Shown: piece after piece, positions 20,140 through 30,068 of the stretch | How the letters are laid out: each line of letters starts with the position of its first letter | Numbering within the stretch: the stretch's first letter is position 1 | NCBI GenBank assembly: GCA_029856435.1 | Contig: JAHQXB010000075.1 | Span: 1 to 64,000 of the forward strand | Length of the DNA: 64,000 nt | From: Candidatus Jordarchaeia archaeon | Lineage (GTDB): Archaea; Asgardarchaeota; Jordiarchaeia; Jordiarchaeales; Jordiarchaeaceae | Direction: 5' to 3' | Made by a program: the position numbers and the translations under genes | Notes under the pieces: generated by a model | Told to the model about the DNA's origin: nothing | Seen by the model: the letters and a program-made list of their open reading frames with translations, nothing else | The model's database searches: none

Positions 20140-21237
20140 CTACACTCTTTTTGCTGCTTCGACAATTGCTTTTACAAAGTCTTCAGGCATAACTAGAGGT
20201 ATCTCCCAATCCGGTCGCTCAAATATTTGTTCCACCTTTGATTTTACTTCCCACTCGTTTTGAGGGTTAATCCCTTTTAGGGAGTTTTCTAATTCTTTAA
20301 GGTAACTTTCTGGTCTGCAGTAGAAGTCTCCTGAAAACATCAAGTCTTCGATTTTTCCCTCTGGATTAAGTAGAATGTGGACAACTAGTTCTCGGTCTCT
20401 CTTGTTTTTTGCGAAAACAAATTTGTAGCCCTTATTTAACAAATCCTTTAGTTTTGGGAACCTTGCCATACTTGAGAAGGCGAACCTGTTTTCAGGGGAA
20501 GTAGCGTAGTCACGCCACTTTTGATATATTTCCCTCTCGGCGTCCAGTATTCCTCCCTCTTCTAATTCGATACCCAGTACGTTCTGGAAGGATTCCACAA
20601 AAGCCTTTTTGAACTCTTCATTAGTGGGAAGTCTACCTGTCTCAGCTTTTACGCTGGTCATAAGTTCAGACAAGTCCTTTATTCTCTTGTCCCGGAGCTT
20701 CTCAGGGTGTAATTGCACAACATCTGAGAAGTATTTGAAGTCCAAGTCTTTCAGCGAGATTATGCACTGCATAACTACAGTTTTTTCTATTTCAGTAAAT
20801 CCGAACCCCGTTATTTTACGGTCTCCCACCATAACGTCTCCAGCATACTTGTACCAGGCATTCCTAACTCCCAACTTTTTGTATCCTTCAGTAATGGCCT
20901 CCCCAACCTTCCTGAAAGCGTCGTCAAGTTTGGGGAAAAAGTCTCGGTCTACTGTAAGACCTAGCCCTCTACTACCAACGGGATCAATGAGAATCACACC
21001 CCCACCAATGGGTCTACGTACCACATCGATGTCCTTTTCCTTTGCCCTCTCATAGTCAATTGCCAAATCTAAATCTTGGTATCTCCCAATGCTTATCGAG
21101 TATTTTGAGAAGCCCGAGAGGAGAAAAGTGTTGGGACTCACTCCAAGAAGTTTACCCTCCACCGCAGTCATAGTGTAGGCCACAATGTCTGGGCCGTCAA
21201 GTGCCGGAGCCCAAATTAGACGCCACTTATCTGACAA
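20140..21237 (-). CDS. lplA: Lipoate-protein ligase A family
   Basis: ISIGRYQD, VVRRPIGGG, DVMVGDRKITG, C-terminal FSGDFY domain. Confidence 0.85.
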   Translation of the reverse strand: MSDKWRLIWAPALDGPDIVAYTMTAVEGKLLGVSPNTFLLSGFSKYSISIGRYQDLDLAIDYERAKEKDIDVVRRPIGGGVILIDPVGSRGLGLTVDRDFFPKLDDAFRKVGEAITEGYKKLGVRNAWYKYAGDVMVGDRKITGFGFTEIEKTVVMQCIISLKDLDFKYFSDVVQLHPEKLRDKRIKDLSELMTSVKAETGRLPTNEEFKKAFVESFQNVLGIELEEGGILDAEREIYQKWRDYATSPENRFAFSSMARFPKLKDLLNKGYKFVFAKNKRDRELVVHILLNPEGKIEDLMFSGDFYCRPESYLKELENSLKGINPQNEWEVKSKVEQIFERPDWEIPLVMPEDFVKAIVEAAKRV

Positions 21238-21465
21238 GAAGATCCTCCCTATTTCTAGAAACCTTACTATAAACTATGACTTTTAATCATTATCTTCTAT
21301 ACGCTGTTATTTAATTTTTATTAGCAAAGATGGGATAACTTGGATTAACCAGAATCAACCACACAAGAATTTTTAAATTGCAAAATGATAATTTTAGCTA
21401 GTTCTTAAAACATTTCTGGTCAATTTCAAGGTGAATTTACTGCATTGTTACTATTTAGGTTTGGC

Positions 21466-22533
21466 TTATTTTTGGAAATTGATGATAGTTTTTATTTCTT
21501 CAAAGTCGCTTTTGAAGGCTAGATTGGCTTTTTCAGGTATGAGTTCCCGGGAAACCAGTTTACCCATTACTTTGGGATACTTATTCTTTATATCAATTAA
21601 GGTTTTCAGGCCCATTTCGTAGTGCTTTCTGTTGGAGCTGACCGAGCCGAATGCCACCTTGTTTCCCACTACCATGTTGGCAAATATTCTTCCGAAATCG
21701 TCGCACTCCTGAATTTCCCTGTAGAGCCCTAAGAAACAAAGTATACCATTAGGCTTTAACAGTCCGCAACACTCCAAGGCTGTTGTAGCTGCCCCCGAAG
21801 CCTCAACAATGATATCGAATTTTCTGTCCAAAGAAGGAAGCGGATTTTCCCTTTCATCAAGGTATTCTCCACCCGCCTCCCTAACAATTTTAGCCTTAAT
21901 GCTCTCAACGCGATTCCTTGAAACATTGAGCACATTAAATCCTCTTAGACTGAGAACCAAGGTAGCTAATAGACCCAGGGGACCAGCCCCAGTAACCAAG
22001 ACGTCTTCAGGCTCCCATATCAACCTTTCCTGAATCTTAATTAGTTGGGAAATTCCCTTTTCCACTTTGCTCAGAGGCTCCAAAAATACCCCTTCATCCT
22101 TTAATTCCTCGGGAACTTTGACTAGATACTGGGCATCAGCAACAGCGTAATCCGAGGCGAAACCATGAAGCTTAATAATCCCATGCTCTAAGTAGTTCCC
22201 AGTTACGCAGGCGTCTGGCTCACCGTTTTTACAGTTCAGGCAGTTCTGTATGCAAGGCCTCCTAACGATTGGCACCACAATGTCTCCCACTTTAACATTC
22301 TTCACATTTTCTCCCACTTCCTCAACTATTCCCACAGCTTCGTGACCTATTATTATGAAGGGGGAGCCTTCGGGGGGCGTGCCGTAGTAGCCGTCATTTA
22401 TCTCCCTATCAGCAGTATCTATGCCTACCTTCAAAATTCTGAGCAAAGCTTCATTTTCTTTTGGTTTCGGTTTATGCAGTTCCATAAGCTGGACAGAATT
22501 TCTATCAGGCGGAGTAGCAACGATGGCTCTCAT
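21466..22533 (-). CDS. gdh: Glucose 1-dehydrogenase (Zn-dependent MDR)
   Basis: IIGHEAVG, VRRPC..C..C..GEPDAC, VTGAGPLG, GSVSSNRKHYE. Confidence 0.85.
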   Translation of the reverse strand: MRAIVATPPDRNSVQLMELHKPKPKENEALLRILKVGIDTADREINDGYYGTPPEGSPFIIIGHEAVGIVEEVGENVKNVKVGDIVVPIVRRPCIQNCLNCKNGEPDACVTGNYLEHGIIKLHGFASDYAVADAQYLVKVPEELKDEGVFLEPLSKVEKGISQLIKIQERLIWEPEDVLVTGAGPLGLLATLVLSLRGFNVLNVSRNRVESIKAKIVREAGGEYLDERENPLPSLDRKFDIIVEASGAATTALECCGLLKPNGILCFLGLYREIQECDDFGRIFANMVVGNKVAFGSVSSNRKHYEMGLKTLIDIKNKYPKVMGKLVSRELIPEKANLAFKSDFEEIKTIINFQK

Positions 22534-22821
22534 TTGAAAACCTCCAATACCCGATTTTAGATAAGCGTAGTGGTGAACCAGTTATTAGCCCAGACAACTT
22601 GAACCCCAAACAATTTAGGGCACATAAGTAGATATAAGAGCGATCACAGGTTTAAAATCTTTTTAAAAGCTTTAGGAATTTTAAACTTATCAATTTTACT
22701 CACAATACATATTCAGGTATATAATTCATAATTGCAAATATTCTGAGAATCATGAGTGTAAAAGCGTGTTTTAAGGAGGCACGACAAAAATATATTAAAT
22801 TTGTTTGCATTTGTTAGAAGT

Positions 22822-23508
22822 ATGGACAAAGAGGTTGTTCTTAAAAGGTTTGACACTTTGGCTCCCGATTATGATAATTATATTTCCCGGGTTGACGGCT
22901 ACTCGGAAACCCTCGATAGGATTATTGAGTTGGCGGAAGCTGAAAAGCCGAGTATCGTTTTGGATTTAGGAACTGGCACTGGAACAGTTAGCTTCAGACT
23001 GGCACCCAAGGTAAAGAAAGTCTACGCGCGAGACATTTCCCAGAAAATGTTGCAAGTTGCCAAAGAAAAGGCTTCAAAAACCAAAATCCAGAACATCGAC
23101 TTTGGCAATGGCACATTCTCCGAACCAAATTGCAACGAAAAGGTAGACCTAATTGTCAGCAACCTGGCTTTCCACCACCTATATGATGAGGAGAAAAGGG
23201 AAGCGATAAAGGTCTGGATCAATCTGTTAAAACCCGGAGGCAGGGTAATTCTTGGGGATCACATGTGGTTCTTCGACCACAAGAAAGAACCAGAGAGAAG
23301 GGAGAAACTAGTTCGAAAAATTATTGAAACACTGGGAGACCCCAAAAGGCCCATAGAAGAACAGATAGAGGAGCTAGAAAAAAGAGACCATCCTGCAAAC
23401 ATTTATGATTTAAAAAAATTTTTCGAAGAAGCCGGTTTCGTGGTTGAAAAAATCGAAGCGACACTATCCCCAGTAATGGGTATAATTGTCGCCGCAAAAC
23501 GCAAATAA
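22822..23508 (+). CDS. Class I SAM-dependent methyltransferase
   Basis: VLDLGTGTG, DISQKML, SNLAFHHL, LKPGG; start at ATG 22822. Confidence 0.9.
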   Translation: MDKEVVLKRFDTLAPDYDNYISRVDGYSETLDRIIELAEAEKPSIVLDLGTGTGTVSFRLAPKVKKVYARDISQKMLQVAKEKASKTKIQNIDFGNGTFSEPNCNEKVDLIVSNLAFHHLYDEEKREAIKVWINLLKPGGRVILGDHMWFFDHKKEPERREKLVRKIIETLGDPKRPIEEQIEELEKRDHPANIYDLKKFFEEAGFVVEKIEATLSPVMGIIVAAKRK

Positions 23509-23585
23509 TAAATTCAGGTTTCGACACAAAAAAGTTAACCAAGAAATTTTTTACCGTCCCAAGTGAATCTCATTTAGGTGAGAAT

Positions 23586-24275
23586 ATGTCCAAGAAGGAT
23601 ATAATAGAACGTTTTGACAGCGTGGCGGAAAGCTACGATGAGCGCACCTCAAAATGGCCAGGATATGACCAGTTACTAAAAAGGATAGTTGAGTTGGCAA
23701 ATCCTAAGGAGAGCGACGTTGTAATGGATGTTGGCGCGGGTACGGGAAGTGTTTCCTTCACCTTTGCGCCCAGAGTGTGTAAGGTTGTAGCGCTGGACAT
23801 CGCAGAAAAAATGGTGGAGACTGGTCGGAAAAAAGCACGAGAGAAAAATTTTCAAAACGTTGAATTTAGAATTGGCGACTTTGAAAATCCCAACTACAAC
23901 GAAAAAGTGGACATAATTGTGAGCAACATTGCTTTTCACCATCTTACTCATGAACAAAAAAGAAAAGTGATAAGGAACTGGTACGGTCTGCTCAAGCCGG
24001 GAGGAAGGGTAATAATTGGGGACATAATGTTTTTCTTCGATCCAGTTAAAGAGAGGGAGAGAGCAGTAGAGTTAATAAAATTTCTCTTGGAGAGATTTGC
24101 TGTTAAGAAGGAGGGTGAAGATTTAGAGAGCACTATGGAGAGATACAAGAAAACAGATTACCCCATATATGTCCACACATTAAAACAATATTTTGAAGAA
24201 GCAGGATACCAAGTGGTAGCAATAGAAGAAATAATCCCTCCCATCCTAGGCGTAATATGCGCTCAAAAAGAGTGA
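23586..24275 (+). CDS. Class I SAM-dependent methyltransferase (tandem paralog)
   Basis: MDVGAGTG, SNIAFHHL, LKPGGRVIIGD; colinear with preceding gene. Confidence 0.9.
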   Translation: MSKKDIIERFDSVAESYDERTSKWPGYDQLLKRIVELANPKESDVVMDVGAGTGSVSFTFAPRVCKVVALDIAEKMVETGRKKAREKNFQNVEFRIGDFENPNYNEKVDIIVSNIAFHHLTHEQKRKVIRNWYGLLKPGGRVIIGDIMFFFDPVKERERAVELIKFLLERFAVKKEGEDLESTMERYKKTDYPIYVHTLKQYFEEAGYQVVAIEEIIPPILGVICAQKE

Positions 24276-24444
24276 AAAAACTCCGAAAATATACTTGTTC
24301 CTCCTCTCAAAAATCTAAGAGTAGACCATTCTGGTCATCTGCTACTTAAAGCACCTAAATTTTAGTTTAAATATTGGTGACCGAAAATTTAAGTTTCTAT
24401 AAAAAATTCGAAATTTTTTCCAACTTATTACTATTGGTGATTTT

Positions 24445-24691
24445 ATGGTGAATGTGGAAATAAGAAGTGTTGATTCCCAAGGAAGATTGCCTTTACCCTC
24501 TTGCTTGGAGGAAGAAACATGTGATAGATGGAGGAGAGGTTTACGTGGTTGTTCTTGATGATAGAATAGAAATTTTGCCACCAAAATCTGACTTGAAAAG
24601 ATTTGTGGACTCTGTTGAAATTGATGTTCCCGAAAAAGCATTTCTAGACTATCACAAGTTTTGAAAATTCTTGGGCAAGGAAGTGAGATAA
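24445..24691 (+). pseudogene. AbrB/MazE-type antitoxin (VapB) pseudogene
   Basis: MVNVEIRSVDSQGRLPLP, frameshift to LAWRKKHV..DRIEILPPKSDL; premature TGA at 24662. Confidence 0.75.
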
Positions 24692-24770
24692 GGTTTGTTG
24701 GCTCATATATTTATATATGCAATACTGGCTTTGAAGGAACGAAAAAAGGGAATAACAGGAAATAAAAGTT
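24683..24770 (+). pseudogene. 5' remnant of PIN-domain toxin (VapC)
   Basis: RFVGSYIYI then shifted YAILALKERKK, resembling VapC start RFVDSNxFxYA; overlaps antitoxin end. Confidence 0.45.
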
Positions 24771-24834
24771 AGAGAAACCGGAAAAAGTAAAAAATGGGAT
24801 TTATACGATTTTTAGCTAAGATATTTCACAGAGT

Positions 24835-25384
24835 CTATAATAGAGCAATTAGTCCCTTGATAATCAGGATGTCCATTATTAACTGTCCATAAGGCCAAGG
24901 ATTGAGCTGACATACTGTAAAATTTAGAATCACAGCAAAACTCACCCAAACCTATATAGGGAATCATCAAATAAGCCGCCCTCCTAGAAACCCAAGAAAA
25001 CAATAGAATGGTGAGGGCGATTGCTATCCAAAGGGGAACTATGTCCAAAAAGCCATAGAGCGGTGACTGGAATCCGAAAAACAGAATTCACCAGAGAGTG
25101 TTTAGTGCCAATTGAACACCATAAAGGGAAAGTGCTATCCTAACCTTTTTCTTTTCCCAACCTTCCATCCAAACAAGAAACGCTGCAACCGCCATTAAAA
25201 CACAAAGGGTTAACCAAGCCGGGCCGAAAAGCCAGCTAGGAGGATTGAAGTAAGACTTTATGAGAAACTCGTACCACGTAAAAATCGAGGTAGTGGTAAA
25301 TAGCGAACCAATAAAGCCCGCAGCCTGAGCGATGAGAATGCTAACTACAAGTTTAAAAACTATACCTTTTGTAAACTTCAGAAT
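24835..25384 (-). pseudogene. tspO: TspO/MBR tryptophan-rich sensory protein pseudogene
   Basis: WYEFLIKSYFNPPSWLFGPAW, QLALNTLW then TGA, LMIPY then frameshift to WVSFAVILNF; no intact start. Confidence 0.85.
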
Positions 25385-25648
25385 ATTGCCTCCTCCACAA
25401 TAATATATTTCAGTCTAGTTTAGGATTATTCTTGTTAGATATATAGGGGCTTAAAAATTCTTCTAGTGCATATTAACATAACAAAAACGGCAAATATAGA
25501 AGCAGAACACTTAAAGTTGGTTATCTTTTTGATAAATAATTAAGGGATACGAGCCTAATTCTAAGGAAGGGAATAGTTAAAAAATTGTTAAAGGTGCTGA
25601 TGCAAAAATTTGCTTGTGATGGTCTTCAAAAAGTAAAGGGGAGCTGTT

Positions 25649-25804
25649 CTATTTTTTTGTAGATTCCTTTTTCTTTAGGTTCAGTACCACTTCAAAATTC
25701 GGGCCGCATCCAGCACCTAGTGGGCAACCACTACAGCCTTGGCTGTAAATTTGCCCGTAACGTTCAACCAATTTTTTGCCTTTCTCTCCTTTTCCTCCAC
25801 TCAT
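25649..25804 (-). CDS. Putative small Cys-containing protein (51 aa)
   Basis: MSGGKG..GCSGCPLGAGCGPNF, downstream of the DsrE-like gene; may be spurious. Confidence 0.35.
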   Translation of the reverse strand: MSGGKGEKGKKLVERYGQIYSQGCSGCPLGAGCGPNFEVVLNLKKKESTKK

Positions 25805-25915
25805 TCTAGTCACCACAAGAATTTTTCTCACGTTTAAAGAGCTACAGACAAAAAAACAACACCTCATAATAATTAGGGAATTCAAAGATAGGAAATCTGC
25901 GACCCACCAAGTATT

Positions 25916-26338
25916 TTATGCTAGGACCAATACTTTGTCGGCGTCTGCGGCAATGTCTAGGAATGTGGCGGCACCCACAATGTCTTCTACTTCTGGTATT
26001 AGGTCCTCCTTCTTCAGTCCGAAGAGTTCTAGGGTGGTTGAGCAGGCGTGTAGGTGCACTTTGCCTGTTTTTGCAAGTTCACTGAGCATTTCTGAGGGCT
26101 TCCTGTATCCGGCCTTTTTAAGTTTGCGTTTAATCATCCAAGTTCCCAAGTTTCTCATGATCGGTGGGAGGCTGAGTTTCGCTTTGTCCGCTCCCCCCTT
26201 TCGTAGGAGGTTTAGCCCCCAGAATGTGAAGAAAATATGGGTTTCTACATCCATGGCTACTCCTGTTCTTGAAAGTATTATGCTCATCATTAATTTCTCA
26301 AACTTGTCGCTACCCACAATAAAGGCCATAGTCTTCAT
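25916..26338 (-). CDS. DsrE/DsrF/DrsH-like (DsrE2-type) protein
   Basis: FFTFWGL, LHACSTT, VGAATFL; start at ATG 26338. Confidence 0.85.
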   Translation of the reverse strand: MKTMAFIVGSDKFEKLMMSIILSRTGVAMDVETHIFFTFWGLNLLRKGGADKAKLSLPPIMRNLGTWMIKRKLKKAGYRKPSEMLSELAKTGKVHLHACSTTLELFGLKKEDLIPEVEDIVGAATFLDIAADADKVLVLA

Positions 26339-26756
26339 TTCCTTATTACACCTCAACTTCCATATTTTCAAATAATTTTTGGGAGCGTCTCCCACTCACC
26401 CGACTTTAAAATCATAATGCTCCTTTTATTTGCTCGAGATTTTTGGCCATTCTAAATTTTTGAGAATTACTTTGCCCACCAAAAAGTTGCCTTAAAGTTT
26501 GTGAATAGTTATTGTATTTTGATTTGTATAATTATAGTTTCTTTTTCTAGGATTTGGTTCTTGTTGGGTCATTGACGCTCCATATAAACTAGCGTGTTAT
26601 ATACATATAAATATTTCTAAAAATTCGATAAATTTATTTTATTTTTCCATTAAAAACATAACAAATATATTCTCCAACGCATAATTTATAAAACAAAGGA
26701 ATCATAAACTAATTACGAGAAAATAAATGTGAAACAAGTCGTTTGAGGGAATAATT

Positions 26757-27272
26757 ATGACGAACTCCTTGGATGATGTGGATTTCAAAATATTGGACGT
26801 ATTAGTGAGGGACTCCAGAGCCTCTTTTAGGCAAATAGCCTTGGAACTGGGCATAGGGGTTACAACGGTTATAAGAAGGGTTGACGCTATGGAGAAGAAG
26901 GGTGTCATTTTGGGGTACTCAGCTAAGCTAAACCACGAAAAATTGGCTGGCGAAGTGGGAATTAGCTTTTTTCCAATTTGTTTCTTTATCAGGGTACGCC
27001 CGGGTTACGAAGTCAAGAAAGTTATAGAGGATATTTCGAAAACCAAATATTTTGAATTTATATGTTACATGTATCATGTTGCGGGAGATTTTGAAATTGC
27101 AGCCATGGCTAAGTGTCTAACTAGGAAAGGTGCTACTAGTCTGATTGAGAGCATATCCCGAATTGAGGGGGTGGAGAGAATCACTCCCCACGCCGTTTTG
27201 GAAACATATAAGGAGGAATTGGGGCCAAAACCAAGCATAGTTAAGGAATTCTTAAAAGATCTTGGAGGATAG
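26757..27272 (+). CDS. Lrp/AsnC transcriptional regulator
   Basis: DDVDFKIL..DSRASFRQIA..RRVDAMEKKGVILGY, HVAGDFE. Confidence 0.9.
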   Translation: MTNSLDDVDFKILDVLVRDSRASFRQIALELGIGVTTVIRRVDAMEKKGVILGYSAKLNHEKLAGEVGISFFPICFFIRVRPGYEVKKVIEDISKTKYFEFICYMYHVAGDFEIAAMAKCLTRKGATSLIESISRIEGVERITPHAVLETYKEELGPKPSIVKEFLKDLGG

Positions 27273-27310
27273 CGTTTAAAAGAAGCCACATTCTTCCCTT
27301 TTAGTGCTTG

Positions 27311-27419
27311 GGTGATGCAGATTTATTCGGCTCCGTCTCCCTAATAATGCTCCAAATCGTGAAAGAAGCCCTATAAACACCCCCTTTTTTGAGGCGAAAC
27401 CGAACGATTCTACATCACC
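27311..27419 (-). mobile_element. MITE family A copy (109 bp, 9-bp TSD)
   Basis: TIR GGTGATGCAGA ... TCTACATCACC; TSD TAGTGCTTG at 27302-27310 and 27420-27428. Confidence 0.9.
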
Positions 27420-27973
27420 TAGTGCTTGTTTCTCCTTTTCATAATCTTGCACAGTTCTTCGGGTTTAAAGGGAAGGTTTGAGAAGATTTTGTTTTCTATT
27501 TGAATCGCTTTGCGCTCCAGATTGTTTATTACCTTTATGGATTCTTTATCTTTGCCATAGCGTTTTCTTAGGTCTTTGAATCTCTCTTTTAAAGTCACAA
27601 CCTTAGTGTGGCGAACCCTCTTATCGGAGTAATTGACTACCTCCTCCTCCAAAATCTTTGATGAGTCATTATTTTCGTTTAAGAAAACATGTTGTTCCAC
27701 TATTTTTGCGATTTCATCGTAGCCTAGTTCTTTCATTAGACGTCCTGCCTCATGGGCGTGGCTGGTATTTGTTTTTAGACTGTCCATCTTTTTTATGTCG
27801 TGGAGTAGAGCGGCGGCTTCTATTTCTTGAATGTTCAGATTGTGTCCCTTTTTGTTGAGTTCAGTTGCCAGAAATACTGCTATCCTGCTAACCACTAAGC
27901 TATGTTTGACTATGTTTTGGGGAACATTATATTTTTCTAGGAGTTTAAGGCAGCGTGTCCTATTGGGAATCAT
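27419..27973 (-). CDS. HD-domain (HDIG) phosphohydrolase
   Basis: IVKHSLVV, LLHDIKK, SHAHEAG, EQHV, YSDKRV. Confidence 0.85.
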   Translation of the reverse strand: MIPNRTRCLKLLEKYNVPQNIVKHSLVVSRIAVFLATELNKKGHNLNIQEIEAAALLHDIKKMDSLKTNTSHAHEAGRLMKELGYDEIAKIVEQHVFLNENNDSSKILEEEVVNYSDKRVRHTKVVTLKERFKDLRKRYGKDKESIKVINNLERKAIQIENKIFSNLPFKPEELCKIMKRRNKH

Positions 27974-29000
27974 TTTTCATCGTGAATCTCTTTGCAATTT
28001 GTTATTTTTAAATTCTTTCTTCAAACATGTGTTCTTTTTGAGGAGTTTTTATTGAGATATTAGCAAAAAAAAGATTCAATTTGTGGGAAAAGTTTTTAAT
28101 TTTATGCGATTTTTACGTTTTTTTATTCTTATTTTTGCGACATATTTATTAATTTGGGAGAGAATCATATATAACACTGTTTAGAGGAGCATCACAGATG
28201 TCCCGCCCTCAAACCAGCCAAGTACTATTATTCAAAAGTGTAATTCAGCACATCTTCGAATCAAAATCGCTTGGCAGCGATTCTTGGAAACAGATATTTT
28301 ATCGTATAGCCACCTCGGCTTCCAAAATTTCTGGCATTCCCTTTGATCCCTCAGTGGTTGAATCCCCGGATAGAATGAAGGAGTTCGGGGAAAAATGTTT
28401 AATGATCAACCCCCAAGCAATTTCCTGCTTGGTTTATGCTGGCCAAATATCACAATAGTTATCGGGATGGTAAAAGAAATATTTGGGCACTCCCTTTAAG
28501 CACCGTCCTTAAGTAGAAGGCCCAATTTAGATAGTCCAGAACTGAAAGGATAGCATATAAAAACTTTAGACATTTCGAAAATTCCCTTACTGAAAACATT
28601 AAATATTTAAGTTCAATACAGAACCAAAAAAGTTTTTGAGCTATTTTGGGAATGATTATAAACCTGCTTATTTTACCGTGAGTCATGAGTGTCTATTAAA
28701 AGTAGACAGGAATTCAATGACTGAAATTCTTAAAAATCTAAAAAAGGGGGAATAGGGTTGATTTTAAATTTGAATTTCATAGCTCATCAATCTATTTTTG
28801 TAGTTTATTTTGAAGATACAGCGGTTCGCATCCGATTTGCTTTAGAATTAGTCTATCTCAGCTACATCTTCTTAAAATAGATTATTTTGCAGTTTATCCC
28901 TAATACTTGAACCCTTTATGGGGCATTGCCCCAAAAGTTGACCATATTAACGTAAATTTTAACTATTCAGGCTTACATTATTCAAGAGGAGGACTCTGGC

Positions 29001-30068
29001 TTGCGTTTTGACAGAGCTTTTAAAGGTTTAGAGAGAAGGCTCAGTCTTGAACATAAATATAATGCCTTGAAAGAGAGAGAAGAGGGAGGGTTCGAAGTCA
29101 GGTGTACTCCAAATTGGGTTTTGGGCTCTAATTATTTCCAAGTAATGGATCTTAAAAGACGTTTGCTTGAAACATATGAGGGGATCTCTCTTGAGGAGGC
29201 TGTTCCTGGTGAAGTTGTTTCGACTAATGCTGGCCAATGTTATTTGATTTATTCAGAGCGTCAGTCAGAGTTTTACAATTGTTTTAAGGGAGCTCGGGAG
29301 GCCATTATTTCCAATTTCAAGTTTCTTTACGGGATAGGGGAGAGAACAGAAGCCAAGTTGAAGAGGAGGGGTTATAGGACCATTGATGATTTGACCAAAC
29401 ATCCAAGGTGGGGCAAGGCAGCTAGAGAGTTTCTGGATTTGCTTGATAAGAGGCATTTCAAGAAGGTTCAAGAGTTATTGTGGCGTAGAGTTCCCAAGTC
29501 GCATCCTCTCTGTTTCCAGTTGGTGGGTCTAAACCAAGAGGAAGATTTTGCTATCATAGATATCGAAACTATGGGCCTCTTTTCCAAGCCTATAATTCTC
29601 CTAGGGGTGGCACATTCTAAAGGTGGAAAGATAAAAGTTCACCAGTATCTGGTGAGGAATGTTACAGAGGAAGTTGCTGCTCTAAAAGTATTTATGGAGG
29701 AGTTAGACAGGTTCAATGCAATTATATCTTATAATGGTAGGGCCTTCGACATTCCATTCATAGAGCAGAGGCTCAACTATTATGGGCTGAACTCAAATAT
29801 AGATAAGGCGCATTTTGACCTTCTACACTTCATTAGAAGAGCCTGGCGTCAAACTATTCCAGACTGTGGGCTTACCACGGTAGAAGAATTTATTTTGGGA
29901 TTAAAGCGTGGAGACGAGGTTCCAGGCGCTCTGGTTCCAGAATTTTACAGAGAGTACCTCAAAACAAAGAACGTGGGACCCTTGATCGCCATAATTAATC
30001 ATAACCTGCAGGACATCATTAGTTTAGCAAAATTATTTTCCAAGTTAAACGAGGCATTAATACAATGA
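29001..30068 (+). CDS. RNase H-like DEDD exonuclease (YprB/MrfB-like) with HhH motif
   Basis: IDIETMG, SYNGRAFDIPF, HFDLLH, HNLQDI; GIGERTEAKL; overlaps helicase start (ATGA). Confidence 0.85.
   Translation: MRFDRAFKGLERRLSLEHKYNALKEREEGGFEVRCTPNWVLGSNYFQVMDLKRRLLETYEGISLEEAVPGEVVSTNAGQCYLIYSERQSEFYNCFKGAREAIISNFKFLYGIGERTEAKLKRRGYRTIDDLTKHPRWGKAAREFLDLLDKRHFKKVQELLWRRVPKSHPLCFQLVGLNQEEDFAIIDIETMGLFSKPIILLGVAHSKGGKIKVHQYLVRNVTEEVAALKVFMEELDRFNAIISYNGRAFDIPFIEQRLNYYGLNSNIDKAHFDLLHFIRRAWRQTIPDCGLTTVEEFILGLKRGDEVPGALVPEFYREYLKTKNVGPLIAIINHNLQDIISLAKLFSKLNEALIQ

Noticed and set aside
28198-28690. Short ORFs and an LRR-like fragment (IKTLDISKIPLLKTLNI) in a long intergenic region
   Set aside because: Multiple stops, single motif instance, no coherent frame
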